A stretch of DNA of 64,000 bases from the human T2T-CHM13v2.0 reference genome, Homo sapiens. Positions within the stretch are counted from its first letter, which is position 1; every line of letters starts with the position of its first letter. The stretch lies in the NCBI RefSeq assembly GCF_009914755.1, contig NC_060934.1; one strand, given 5' to 3'. Positions 41,362-57,445 of this stretch are shown here, piece after piece. The notes under the pieces were generated by a model that saw only the letters and a program-made list of their open reading frames with translations, made no database searches and was not told the origin of the DNA. The position numbers and the translations under genes are program-made.

Positions 41362-41601
41362 GGCGAGCAGATCACTTGAGGCCAGGAGTTCCAGACCAGC
41401 CTGGCCAACATGGTGAAACCCCATCTCTACTAAAAATACAAAAATTAGCTGGCCATGGTGGCAGGTGCCACTAATCCCAGCTCCTCGGGAGGCTGAGGCA
41501 GGAGAATGGCTTGAACCTAGGAGTTACAGTGAGTTTAGATAGTGCCACTGTACTCCTGCCTGGGCTACAGAGTGAGACTGTGTCTCAAAAAAAAATAAAA
41601 A
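41356..41601 (+). mobile_element. AluS lacking the first ~40 nt
   Basis: ggctaaggcgagcagatcacttgaggccagg...tgtctcaaaaaaa. Confidence 0.9.
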
Positions 41602-42635
41602 GAGGAGGGGGCTTTGGATATCCACAGGTCATGGAGTACAGGGGTACGGAGATGATCTCATCTAGATCTCAGGGTCCTGGGACCCCTGCACATTGGGAGG
41701 CGGCATCTAGAAGGGTCACAGGGCCTTTGGCAGAAGAGAAAGTAGGTCATTCATGGCTCTGATGTCCAGGGGTCTGCAGAACGGCCATTCTGGTAACCCC
41801 CTTACTTCTCACTTGCTTTTTCCACAACACACAACCCTTCCCTGGGGTTCAGGCATCCAGAAAACAGGTGTGGCCTTCCCGGGGTGTGGGGTGCTCCCAT
41901 CACCATATCTTAAGTGTTTGGCCCTTTCAGAAATCTGAGTGAGAGACTGGCTCCTGGCAGTTGTCAGCCCAGGGGCTGGTTGCTGAGGAAGTTCTAATGA
42001 GAATCCAACCAATGAACCCCCTTTGCCCTGCCCTGCCTCCAGCAAGCCCGTGCTTCCTCACACTGTCTTCCCCATGCTGTTTTGTAAGTTTTCTTCCTAA
42101 TCTCAACCTCAATTCCTTTTTCCCATTCTTCTGAATGTTAAAGTCATGACCTTTGCGGTTTATGGGCCACCAGAGACTGAACTAAATGTGTTAGCTCAGA
42201 GTCCAAACAAGTAATAGCCAGCCAATTAAATTAATAATCCATACCGTTACAATGTTTAACCACGGCTGTTTCCTCAGCGGTCTGTTTAAATCACAGCCAA
42301 GGCCTGACCCATTAAAATGAATAACTGGAATTATGAGAAACTCCATTTAATAAACACAGCGAGGAACGCAGCACAATTGGGCATGAAATATTTATTACCA
42401 CTTGAAGCAGAGAGCTGTTTGGGACTTTCAGATGGGATTAATGAATGCGTTTTAATTTGACTCACAAGGTGGGAGGTGGGGCTGGAACCGGGAGTCCTTT
42501 GGTAGATTCCTAGAAAAATCATCTCACCTTATATTATCACACTGTGATGGGGCTACTTGTTTATGTGTGGGCCTCCTTCAATCCATAGTAATCATGATCC
42601 TACAGGGACCTAGTACTTGCTTAGCAAATGTTACT

Positions 42636-43101
42636 GGATGGATGTACAGATGGATGGATGGATGGATGGATGGATGGATGATCAGACGGATGGGTGGATG
42701 GATGATCAGATGGATAGATGAATGGATAGATGGATGGATGGATAGATGGATGGATAATCAGATGGATGGATGGATAATCGGATGGATGGATGGTCGGATA
42801 GATGGATGGATGGATGGATGGATGGATGGATGGATGGATGGATGGACACATGGATGGATGGATGATTGGATGGACGCATGGATGGATGGAGTGATGGATG
42901 ATCAGATGGATGGGTGGATGGATGATCAGACAGATGGATGAATGGATAGATGGATGGATGGATGGATGGATGGATAATCAGACGGATGGTCAGATGGATG
43001 GATGGATGGACAGATGGACACATGGGTGGATGGATGGATGGATGGATGATCAGATGGATGGATGGATGGATGGACAAATGGATAGATAGATGGATGAATG
43101 G
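42636..43101. repeat. Complex (TGGA)n satellite with higher-order structure
   Basis: About 465 bp of tgga with interspersed gatca, gataatca and gacaca variants. Confidence 0.95.
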
Positions 43102-45623
43102 ACTAATTATAGTAAAATCCTTTTGACATTTTAGTATCTGCACTTCAGTGATACAGAACATATAAAACACAGCGCAGTGCCTGACACATTCAAGTCGTGC
43201 AGTCAATAATAACTGTCATTACAATTAGGAGAGCAAGATCTCATTAATTTACTAGAAAATCAGTTCTCACATTTGGCAACTCTTTGGGAGTTTCAGAGCT
43301 GCCCCAGGACCCAAGTTCCCACCCTGACTGGCCCGTTTATCTTTATGTGCACTTGGGAGCCTGATTTGCATTAGAGGTTTTTATTTTACTGTTTTTGGCT
43401 TTTCTCAGAGTTGCTCCCTTCTCTATTTTCCCAAAGCTCAATGTCTTATCCCTGCATTTGCCCCAGCATGTCCCTGTTCTCTCTGGTATGGCTACATTTC
43501 ACAGGGTCTGTTTCCTTTTCCCAGACAATGTCAGCTCTGAAGTTTTGATAACGGGTTTAGAAAATGTGGTTGCTGTAATGATAGCCCTTAGCAAGTTTTG
43601 TAAGCGCAGTGATTATTGGGGATCTCTGAACAAGATAACTGAGCCTTTTCTATAGGAGAGCCCCAAATGGGAACAAGATGGCTCAACTCTGCCAAAACTT
43701 GCTTTCCAGAGAAAGGGGAAAGTAGGCAACCCAAGCTGTGTGCTGATGGAGCACCTTTGACATCGTAAGGTCTGGTTGAGGGGGTGGGGAACAGGAGGGA
43801 AAAGAGCCACAGGAAGGCTTAGCTTTGGTTTTCCCTTTTGAGAACCAGTGGGCATCTCTTGGAGACTACAGAAATTCCGCTCAGGTTCAGTCATCACATT
43901 TGCAGGTCTGGAATTCAATGTATTGATAAATACAAGGCGGGCAAAGGGCAGTCTCATTTTGGATACGGATACACTTGAAACTAAAACCAGAAAGAGGAAT
44001 GCACTTTATAAAGGAGGGTAGGTCTCTGTGTTTGGAGGTGGTGTTGGAGATTTTTTTTCTTTCACTGAGGAAAAGATGGATCTAACTACATGGAGATTGA
44101 TGGGATCTTGCCACCTCCCTACTAAATTCAAAAGCCCACCATGGTCCCAAAGAAGAGGAGTGTCACCAGGGGCCTACATGGCCTCACGGGATGTGGCATG
44201 GGGAGTTTGCCTGGTCCAAAGAGACCTTCAAGAGATTGGAACTTCAAAGGGCTCTGTCTATCTGGCAGTCTGCAGATATGATATCAGCGTTAGTATCTGT
44301 TACTTCTATTTCTTTAATCCTTAAGGATGGATTTGACACATGGCTGCGTTGGAATCATGTGTTTTCCTACATGGTGGAGGAGCCTTATATGGAATAAGAG
44401 AGCTCCAACCTTCCTGGTAGAAGGCTTCAGAATTACATAAATACAGAAGGTAGAGCTGCTTCTGTATCACCCATCCCTGCCCTACTAGATTGTACGTTCC
44501 TACAGGGTAAGACTATGTCTTATTCATGTTTGTATCCCCCACTGTGACTTGCATAGTAGCTGATGTCCTGTAGGTTCTCAGCAAATGTTTGTGGAAAGTA
44601 AAAGCCCCCATTCGTGGGGGCTGTGTGCTATCCTGAGCTCCGTGCTAAGTTTTTTGCATGTTCCCTCTCTTGTACTGTTTCCAACCACACTAAGGCTCTC
44701 TCTTATCCCCCATGTTATGGATGAGGCCACTGAAACAAAAGAGATTCAGCCCTTGTCCAAGATCATCTAGATAACAAGGAATTTGATAATAAGGAATTTG
44801 AACCCTCGTCTATAATATTCCTAAGCCTTTGCTTTCATTGCTGTGCCATTTGGTCTGCAAGAGTTAAACTCACACACAACTTAACCAAGCACAGAAACAG
44901 ACAGAGCCTGAGCAAGGCTGTGAGGGTGAGGTTGCAGAGAGAGGAGGTGGAAGAGATTCTGGCAGCATAGGCTTGTCTCTCTCTTATGGCTTTCTCTTTC
45001 ACATCTCTTACCCAAAGCATAATTGAGTTTTCTCCAGTGCTTTGTGCCCACCAAGCACATTGTTACTAACAGATAGTTCCGTCCCTCAAACCTCTTAATG
45101 CATCCATGAGGTATGGCAAGAAGGCCAAGAGTAGAAAGCAAGAGGCATGGGTTCTTGGCCTGGCTCTGCCACTGATGTTTGGTATAAACTTGGGCAAGCC
45201 ACCTGGGCCCAGCTTACCTGACAGTACTCTGAGGGAGTTGGATTAGCTGATCTTCATCTCTCTTCTATAATTCCTCAGATAGGCCATCATCACATTAAAT
45301 GCCTTCTCCTAGCCAATCTGGCTTAGTCTTTGAGGGTCAGAAGATGGTGACTGAGGGGCTTATGACAGTTTCTGTGCCTGTCTACAGGATCCAGGAGCCC
45401 AGGTCTGGCTGTGTAAGTAAGAAACCAGCCAATGGTACATGAACACCAAGTGAACACAGAGTGAGGTCAGGCCACTCTGGGACTTACCGAGGTCTGCCCT
45501 GACCAATAGCCACCAAGTTCCTATGTACTTTAGCACTCTGGTTTTTGGTTTCACCTGTATATTGAGGATGATAAAGCCTGTGCTGCTTTCTTCCAGGACT
45601 ATAAGAGGGACTAAATAATATCA

Positions 45624-45940
<317 letters not shown>

Positions 45941-46353
45941 GAAAAGTTGGAATGTACTAAACAAATGTGAACAATTAAATTATTATTTCCTTGATTCCTC
46001 TCTGGGAAAGTTGAAATACCTTGATTAAATCAACTGTACCAAGCCCCTTTTAGAAACATAGATGATGATTTTGGTCACATAATATATCAATCATTGGATT
46101 TTCTATTTTGGATCTAATCAGAGCCGAGAGCTCATCAATTCAGCTTAGATATTTATCCAAACAAAGGTCAACTTTTAAACCACAGTAGTTTTCTAAAAAG
46201 TCCATCAATGAAGAATGTGCTTAAATAATTTAAGGTCCATTTATGTCATGGAATAATACTAAGTACTAAATAATACTAAATACTAAATAATACTAAAGTG
46301 AAAAGTCAAATTGTTTTATATATATGTATTTTATATATATACATATATATATA

Positions 46354-46706
46354 TGTATTGGTCTTTTCTCATATTGCTAATAAAGACATACCTAAGACTG
46401 GGTAATTTATAAAGGAAAGAAGTTTAATTGAGTCACAGTTCCACATTGGCTGAGAAGGTCTCACAGTCATGGTGGAAGGCAAATGAGGAACAAAGTCACG
46501 TTTTACATGGCAGCAGGCAAAGAGACCGTGGGAGGGGAACTGCCCTCTATAAAACCATCAGATCTCATGAGACTTATTCACTATCATGAGAACAGCACAG
46601 GAAAAATCCACCCCCATGATTCAATTACCTCCCACCAGGTCCCTCCCATGACACATGGGAATTACAGGAGCTGCAATTCAACATAGGTGGAGACACAACC
46701 ATATCA
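46354..46706 (-). mobile_element. THE1 (MaLR) solo LTR
   Basis: tgtatt...gctaataaagacatacctaagactgggtaatttataaaggaaag...aaaaccatcagatctcatgagacttattcactatcatgagaacagc...ccatatca; near-TSD atata/atatc. Confidence 0.9.
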
Positions 46707-46709
46707 ATA

Positions 46710-47010
46710 TCTATTGTACAATCCCATTTGAAAAATATATAAATACATATCTATGAGGAAGCATGTATGTGTGTGGGTACGTGTACTCATGAAAACATAA
46801 TAAAAAGTCTGGAAAAAAATGTACTCGTGAAAACATAATACAAAGTCTGGAAAAAACTGTTAACTGTGGTTACCTCTGGAGAAGAGTGTAGGACAGTGGT
46901 GATAAAGAAAGTGTTTTCTTTTTCCACATTGTATTTTTTATACTTCTAAAACTCTAGCTCTTTTTTTTTTTTTTACAATAAAGATATATTACTTTTATAA
47001 TTAAAGTGTT
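46710..47010 (+). mobile_element. Old L1 (L1ME-like) 3' fragment with a 38-bp tandem duplication
   Basis: aagtctggaa...aactgttaactgtggttacctctggaga...tattacttttataatt. Confidence 0.6.
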
Positions 47011-47129
47011 TTTTAAATGACCTAGAAAGGGAGAAGAGACTCAGAGTGAGTCCTGACAGAATTGTTCGGGTCCTAAGGGACCTTGGCAGGGAATGCTGGT
47101 TAACCCTTGATATCCTTCTCCCCACCTCC

Positions 47130-47417
47130 CCACCGTCTTCCATAGAACCTCAATTTTACATTCCCAGACTCCCTTGCAGCTAGGTGTGGTCATGTGATAA
47201 GTTCTGGCCAAAGGGAAGTGAGCAGAAATGATTTGCTAACAGCCAGTCCGTGGCCTTAAAGGGAAGGGGCTCTGGCCCAATTCAGCCTCCACATGTAACC
47301 TTGAAATCTTTAGGCCAAGATGGCTACATTAGAGAGAAATACACTTCTATCTTGTTTAAGCCTCTGTTATTTTAGATCCTTGTTTCAGCAGCTGAAACTT
47401 TATGCAATCCTATACAG
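47130..47417 (+). mobile_element. Old MLT1 (J/K-like) LTR fragment
   Basis: ttcccagactcccttgcagctaggtgtggtcatgtga...tatcttgtttaagcc...ttgtttcagcagctgaa. Confidence 0.65.
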
Positions 47418-48759
47418 AAAACTAGAAATTAATTAGTAAATATTAAGGAGTGTGCCCAGCCTCTGCCACTCCTTAAAGGGATGAAAAGAAACATGAGACT
47501 CATTTCTTCTGCCCAAGGGGCTCAAAACCTAGCAGATAAGGCAAGTCTGATTCACTTTTTCTAATTGTGCAGGAGAGTTTATCAGAGGCTAACTTGTGTG
47601 CCAGACACAGGAAGGTCTTCATTTCAATGCAGTGCATTACATGAGTCCTGCCCTGTTTTATCAAAGGATGAGAAGTTGGTCATACAAAATATAAGGTGAA
47701 AAAAAGAGACCATCCAAACAGAAGAAAGAGATGGACAAGAGGAAAAGACTTTTGGGTCCAATACCTTGGCAGGATGAGTTTTGTTGGTAAAAATAAACAA
47801 ATAAATAAATAATGGCAGGGCCTAATGACCAAGGAGTGAGAAGAGGGAGTCCCTCTAGCTGTTGCTGAGTCCTTCCTTGTGCCTTCTATAGCCACTGCAA
47901 GTTAAATATCAAGCTGCATATACTTACAAATGCACCCAAATGTCCATCAAAAACCTATGTGAATTGCTTGCTCTAGACTGAGCATCAGTCTTTATCCGAG
48001 GAGCCCTACCTTTAGTGAGAAATAGTATTTAAGGACCATAATCTGGGCTCTCTTTGTTGCTGAATTGGTTGCTGTTTCTTAATGTTTAAGTGGAAAGTGC
48101 TGAAAGATATTTTTTTAAGGGAAAATACATCATGAGTTTAAACAAACAATCCAATTCTAATTCTATTGGGTTTTTACTTATTTGATTTTATATATGTATT
48201 TCTTTTATGATGAAAATCTTGATTCCTAAAGAGCACCAACGTAATTACTTATTTTGAAGACGTAAAATAGTATCAAAATAACATCAGTATTAATGCTAAC
48301 AACATGATTTTAAAGGTACAAAATGAGAGTGGATCATCGTCATATCAGCAAACGGCTATCAAAGACTTCTGTAATTGTGTCAGAGGACATAGAACTAACC
48401 AAAAGTGGCTCCCCACTCACCGAAGGTGGAGAAATCTGCACAGTAAAATAATAACTGCTTTAAATCAAAGCACATCAAATATGTTCCAATCCATGAGTTC
48501 ACAGTGATACTTTTCTTTAAAACTCTCGTAGTTAATTATTAGAGATGGCTAGGGACCAAATTCATTTTCTGAAGACTGGCAAGTAAGGAAAGAATCAAGT
48601 ATTTACCTGCCCTACTGGCATGAACTATGTTTCAGAAAAATCAAATAATTGATGTAGGAAAGTTCTTTTTTATACAAGATTCTCAGCTAATCAGTGCGAA
48701 AGAGTGACAAAATTAGAATAACACCATTTTACAACCTCTAATGAAATAATGGATCCAGG

Positions 48760-49102
<343 letters not shown>

Positions 49103-49475
49103 TCATCCAGTGAGAATCTAATGGGGAACTGGATAGTGAACAGACCAGGCTGATGATATCTGAGCCCACTGATCAATCTTATAACAAATAACATTAAATA
49201 CCCTCTCACATAAAGTAATACAAAATACACAGGACTCTATGAAAGATTCTTGCCAGGAAATCAAACCTAAATCTGATCTTGCTGCTAGCTCTAATTACAA
49301 CTGACAGAAGGTACAGGGGAGAGAGGAACAGGTTAAAAAACACCCACATGATACAGTCAGCAAAAAACAGATTGTGGGACTCTCTATCAGATGACAACCC
49401 AGTTCTTTCAACAAATAAAGGTCAAGAAAAGGAAGAGAGAGAGGAGGAAACTGTACACTAAAAGAGTCTTAAGAT

Positions 49476-50058
<583 letters not shown>

Positions 50059-50158
50059 AGAGAGAGACAAAGACTTAAGAGACATATCAACCATATGTAA
50101 ATGTGTGGTATGGATGCTGATTCCAATAAACCAATTGTAAAAAAATAAAATAAAAACT

Positions 50159-50453
<295 letters not shown>

Positions 50454-50799
50454 TGAGACAATTAGAGACTTATGAACATTGATTATATACTTGCTGGTAT
50501 TTTAATAAATTACTATTTTTTAAGTTTGATAATGATATTTTGGTTATATTATCACCAAAAAAAATCATTTTATGTTTAAAATATATACTGAAAATGTACA
50601 ATTTATATGATGCCTGGAATTTGTTATAAAATAATCTGGTATGTTTGTGTATGTGAGGAAAGAGAAGTAGGAAGATATATAAATGTTGAAACTGGGTGAT
50701 AGCTACATAGGAGTATCCTTACTCTCTATTACTGAAAATTTTTGAAACTTTCCAAAATAGATTCTAAAAATAAATTTGCAAAGTTGGTCACCCAATACT

Positions 50800-51240
50800 T
50801 TAAATATAGTTAACCTCTCTAGTGATCAAAGAAATGCAAATTAAAATTACAATATGCAATTACCCACCTGTCAGATTGGCAAAGGTTATGAGAATGTTAA
50901 TACGCAGTATTGGTAAGGATTAGGATAACAGGCACTCTTTTGCCTTCCTGGTTCACTTGATATGACCTTGGTATCACCTTACTACAAAGCAGCTTGGCAG
51001 TATGACTGAAAAGCCTTAAATACGTAGGTACCCTTTGCCCCAGGAATTCTGCTTAATTTATCCAAAGGAAATGATTAAACAAGGGCACAAGATTGGTCAA
51101 GGATGTTTATTACAGTTTAATTATAATAACAAAAGATTTAAATAACCAAAATACATACCAATAAGAAAATGGTTTTAAGACAAAGGTATATCTACATAAT
51201 GGATGTAGATATACAGAGCCATTAAGAGCTGTGACAAAGA
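50800..51240 (+). mobile_element. Old L1 (L1ME-like) ORF2-end/3' UTR fragment
   Basis: ctagtgatcaaagaaatgcaaattaaa...gtcagattggcaaag...aggatgtttattacag. Confidence 0.7.
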
Positions 51241-51252
51241 TGCATATATTCA

Positions 51253-51561
51253 TTTGTTTACTTGTTTATTTATTTATTTGAGACAGAGTCTCACTGTGTT
51301 GCCCATGCTAGAGTGCAATGGTGCATTCTTGACTCACTGAAGCCTCGACCTCCTGGGTTCAGGTGATCCTTCCACCTCAGCCTCCCAAGTAGCTGGGACT
51401 ACAGGCATGTGCCACCACGCCCCACTAATGTTTTGTATTTTTAGTAGAGATGGGGTTTCACCATTTTGCCCAGACTGGTCTTGAACTCCTTGGCTCAAGT
51501 AATCTCCCCACCTCAGCCTCCCAAAGTGCTGGGATTACAGGGTTGAGCTACCGTGACTGGC
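51253..51561 (-). mobile_element. AluJ
   Basis: gcctcgacctcctgggttcaggtgatccttccacctcagc; ggctcaagtaatctcccc. Confidence 0.92.
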
Positions 51562-52006
51562 GAAGATGTATCTTTTATTAGCATAAGAAGATGTGTCATA
51601 GATACTTTAGTAAGGGGGAAAAATCAAGCTCCAAAGGTTTTATATGGTAAGATAATTTTTTTTAATGTGGGAAGAACTTGCAATGATGACAATCTCTTGG
51701 CGATGAGAACACGGATTATTTTTATTACTTTCCTTTTGCTTAACTTTATTTTTTAATTTTTATGCTTGAGGTCTTTTTTCCTAGGGAGGGGAAAGGAGAG
51801 AGGAGGAGAGGGGAATTGGGGCATACCTTCTGCACACGTGAGTTTGGGTTTCTTTTTTCTCTTCTTCCCAAGGGTGTAAAAGGTGTGCAAAAAATAAGAA
51901 ATTTTAAAGGGGAGGTTGAAATAAAAACACCATCAACAATAAGAACTCAGACATAAACAGCAAAGTGGAGGAAACCGAAGGTACAGGGGAGCTCATGCTG
52001 CTTCCG

Positions 52007-52300
52007 TTTTTCATTTTCCTTTTTTTGGAGATGGAGTCTTGCTCTGCCGCCCAGGCTGGAGTCAGTGGCGCAATCTCAACTCACTACAATCTCTGCCTCC
52101 CAGGTTCAAGCGATTTTTCTGCCTCAGCCTCCCAAGATTACAGGCACCCACCACCACTCCTGGCTAATTTTTGTATCTTTAGTAGAGACGGGGTTTCACC
52201 ATGTTGTCCAGACTGGTCTCAAACTCCTGACCTCAGGTGATCTACCCGCCTCAGCACCCCAAAGTGCTGGGATTACAGGCGTGAGACATCGCACCTGGCC
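52007..52300 (-). mobile_element. AluS
   Basis: Dimer with small internal deletions. Confidence 0.93.
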
Positions 52301-52379
52301 TAGTTTTTCATCTTTCTAAGTGGATTTTGAGTAGTTTTGGAATTCCAAAAAATGAATTCCTATATAATTAAAATCACCT

Positions 52380-52570
52380 TTGTCAAGAGAGTAGATCTTA
52401 AATGTTCTCACCTCAAAAAAATAAGCATGTGAGGTGATGGATATGTCAATTAGCTTGATTTAATCATTTCACAATGTGTGCATATATCAAAACATCACAT
52501 TGTACTCCGTAAACATATTCAATTTTGTTAGCCAGATATACCTTAGTAAAGCTGAAGGGAAAATTAAAAA
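52380..52570 (+). mobile_element. L1MA/L1MB 3' terminus
   Basis: agagagtagatcttaaatgttctcacc...gtgaggtgatggatatg...tatcaaaacatcacattgtac...taaagctg. Confidence 0.85.
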
Positions 52571-52607
52571 TTTTTAATTAAATAAATAAAATGTCCTTTG
52601 CTTACTA

Positions 52608-52957
<350 letters not shown>

Positions 52958-53107
52958 CTTGAGATCTGGAATTTATTCCAAAGTTACCTAGGGTTGCGCT
53001 ATGAAGGAAACAATTTGGGCTGTGAGTTGACAGCTCTTGAACCTGGGTAACCAGGTACATAGGGATTTGCTTTAATTTGTTCTGTACTTCTGTGTTTGGA
53101 ATTTTTC

Positions 53108-53803
<696 letters not shown>

Positions 53804-54371
53804 TCAGTACAAAATGACACTTTGTGATCTTTGGTGTCTACTCCTTCCACAACACACCCCCAGAGATCACAAAGGGCCAGCGTCATGCTTCATTCTTCAT
53901 GGCTTACCTCTCCTGTGGTCAGAAAGGGGTTGGGTTTGAACTGGCCCTCTTCTAAAAGTCCCTCCCTTTCTTACCTTTCCTACCTACACAAGACAGCTCT
54001 GATGGCTATTCTATGTGTCAACTTGACTGGGCTCAGGATGCCCAGATATCTGGTTAAACATTACCTCTGGATGTGCCTGCAAGGGTGTTTGCAGAAGAGA
54101 TGAGCATTTGAACTGGTGGACCCAGGAAAGCAGATTCCACTCCCCAAAGTGGGTGGACCTCATCCAATCCATTGAGGACGTGACCAGAACAAAAATGAGC
54201 AAGAAGGTTGAATTCAGTCTCTGCCTGACTCTTTTTGTTGAGACATCAGTCTTCCTGGTCTGGGACTTAAACCATTGGCTCTCCTAATTCTCAGACCTTC
54301 AGACTTGGACTGAAACTGTAGCACTGGCTTTTCTGGGTCTTCAGCCTGCCAGCACAAATAGCAGGACTTCC

Positions 54372-54669
54372 TTTTTTTTTTTTTTTTTTTTTGAGATGGA
54401 GTCTTGCTCTGTGGCCCAGGCTGGAGTACAGTGGCATGATCTCGGCTCACTGCAACCGCTGCCTCCCAAGTTCAAGTGATTCTACTGCCTTAGCCTCCTG
54501 TGTAGCTGGGATTGTAGGCAGGTGCCACCATGTCTAGCTAATTTTAGTATTTTTAGAGGAGATAAGGTTTCACCATGTTGGCCAGGCTGGTCTCGAACTC
54601 CTGACCTCAAATGATCAGGATTACAGGTGTGAGCCATGGGATTACAGGTGTAAGCCATGGAGCCCGACC
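54372..54669 (-). mobile_element. AluS with an internal deletion plus a 21-bp tandem duplication
   Basis: TSD aaat(a/t)gcaggactt; ggattacaggtgt(g/a)agccatg twice. Confidence 0.92.
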
Positions 54670-54852
54670 AAATTGCAGGACTTTTAGCCTCCATAACCAC
54701 ATGAGCCAGTTCCATATATATATTTATACTTACATAAATATATATACACACATATATACACACAATATGAATACTGTGTACACACAGTACATATATACAC
54801 ACAATATGGAACTGGCTCATTGCTTATATACATATAAATACACGTATATTAT

Positions 54853-54853
<1 letters not shown>

Positions 54854-54884
<31 letters not shown>
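54854..54884. repeat. (TG)n microsatellite
   Basis: About 15 tg units. Confidence 0.95.
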
Positions 54885-54886
<2 letters not shown>

Positions 54887-55353
54887 CTGTTTGCTCTGTT
54901 TCTCTGGAGAATCCTGACTAATATAATACCTGTCTGGGGCCAGGGGCACAGACTTCAGCCAAGAGCTTCAGAAGAGTCAACTGGTTCATTTAAGAAACAA
55001 ACTCACAGCCTTTCCCTCTTTAGCACCTTCATCAACCTGATTCCTGTGTCACCCTACCTTTGATAGCCTGCCATGCTCCCTCCTACATGGGCCATCTCCT
55101 TCTCAGAGGAAGGAAGCATGAAGAGGCTAGTGGATTTGGCATTCCCAGCCTGAAGATTGGTTCTTCTCATTTGGCCACGCTTGACACTTTCTCTTCCATG
55201 CATGTTGGCTATAAAAGTGCCTGGAATGCAGAAATTACTATGAATATTCATGAAGTTACATTATGAATAATACTTCTGTAAAAATGAATAGTCTTCACCC
55301 TGGGAAATGGAATTCTTTGTCCACACTTTGAGTCACTTGGAGATTGTCAATAG

Positions 55354-55687
55354 CAGTGTTCAGCAAACTATATAGCCCATAGGCCAAAGGTGCTCCACCA
55401 TCTATTCTCATATGGCCTGCAAGCCAAGACTGGATTTCACATCTGTAAATGTTTGAAAAAAAATCAAAAGAAGAAAACTATTTTGTGATATATAAAATTA
55501 TATTAAATTCATATTTCAGTGTCTATACAGTTTTATTGAAACACAGCCACACTCATTTGCTTATATTTTGCCAAAGTCTGCTTTCATGCTACAAGGACAG
55601 TGTCAAGTAATTGTGATGGACACATGACCCACACAGCCTAAAACATTTAGTATCTAGCCCTTTACAGAAAAAGTTTGTTGACCACTG
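55354..55687. mobile_element. MER58B (hAT-Charlie) MITE
   Basis: TIRs cagtgttcagcaaact / agtttgttgaccactg; near-TSD gtcaatag / gtctgtag; internal aaaaaaatcaaaagaaga...attgaaacacagccacactcattt. Confidence 0.85.
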
Positions 55688-55842
55688 GTCTGTAGGCTTG
55701 AGGTTCTCCTAAATGCATTCTTGGTGATTCCAAACTCTTGTCTCATAGAGCTGAACTGCAGTGCCATACATTGCCAGTAGGTGAGGCTATGCACTACACA
55801 CCAGCTGGAAACCACCCGGAGTTGAAGCTTGGGATTTAGAAC

Positions 55843-56730
<888 letters not shown>

Positions 56731-56914
56731 GCAGATAAGTAATATAATTTGATTTCCAATTCCTGAATTAATACCTGTCTGAAATATTCTACCACTACTT
56801 TACATAAATGAGGCATACTTTGCCTTTTATTTTGATATATTACATTTAAAGAAAGTTGAAATGTGTGAGGGTAAGTATAAAAAGTTGAGTAACAGGAAGA
56901 AAGTATGTCTGTGA

Positions 56915-57445
56915 GCACTTCAGTTATCCATTGCTGCATAACAAATCAACCCAAAGCTTAGTAGTTTAAATGAACAGTGATTTCTCATTTGTCATAATAC
57001 TGTGGCTTTAGTAGGATCAGCCAGGCCATTCTACTCTCTTGGCATCAGCTGAGGTCACTCATGTGGCTGAATTCTACTGGCAAGTGAGCTGGACTGGCAG
57101 GTCTAACGTTTCACCCCACACATCTGGAACTTTGTTGTCCTCCATGGACTTCTCCCCCCAGTTATCTTAGGCTTTTTCACAATATGGCAGCCTCAGAGTC
57201 TCAGGGTTTCCAGGATTTCTGCAAAAGCTGGCTTCAAGAGGGAAACAAGAAGCTGCCAGAACTCTCAGAGGCTAGACCTATAACTGGCACAGCATCACTT
57301 CTGCCACATTGTACCGGTCAAAATAAGTCAAAAGTCCAGCCCAAATTCAAGGCTAGGAGAGATTCCATCTAGTGATAGTTGTTTGATGGGTTGAGCAGCA
57401 TTCATGTACTTGGAGAGAAGAAATTGATGGTGGCCATCTTTGGAG
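56915..57445 (-). mobile_element. MLT1 (F/G-like) LTR
   Basis: cagttatccattgctgcataacaaatcaacccaaagcttagtagttt...catcacttctgccacattgt...ggtggccatctttgg. Confidence 0.75.

Larger units (their letters stand above)
54000..54924 (+). mobile_element. MLT2 ERVL solo LTR with a nested Alu and (TG)n
   Basis: tgatggctattctatgtgtcaacttgactgggc...tctgtttctctggagaatcctgactaata. Confidence 0.85.

Noticed and set aside
42567-43206. Long W/M/D/G- or HPSI-repeat ORFs
   Set aside because: Translations of the (TGGA)n microsatellite.
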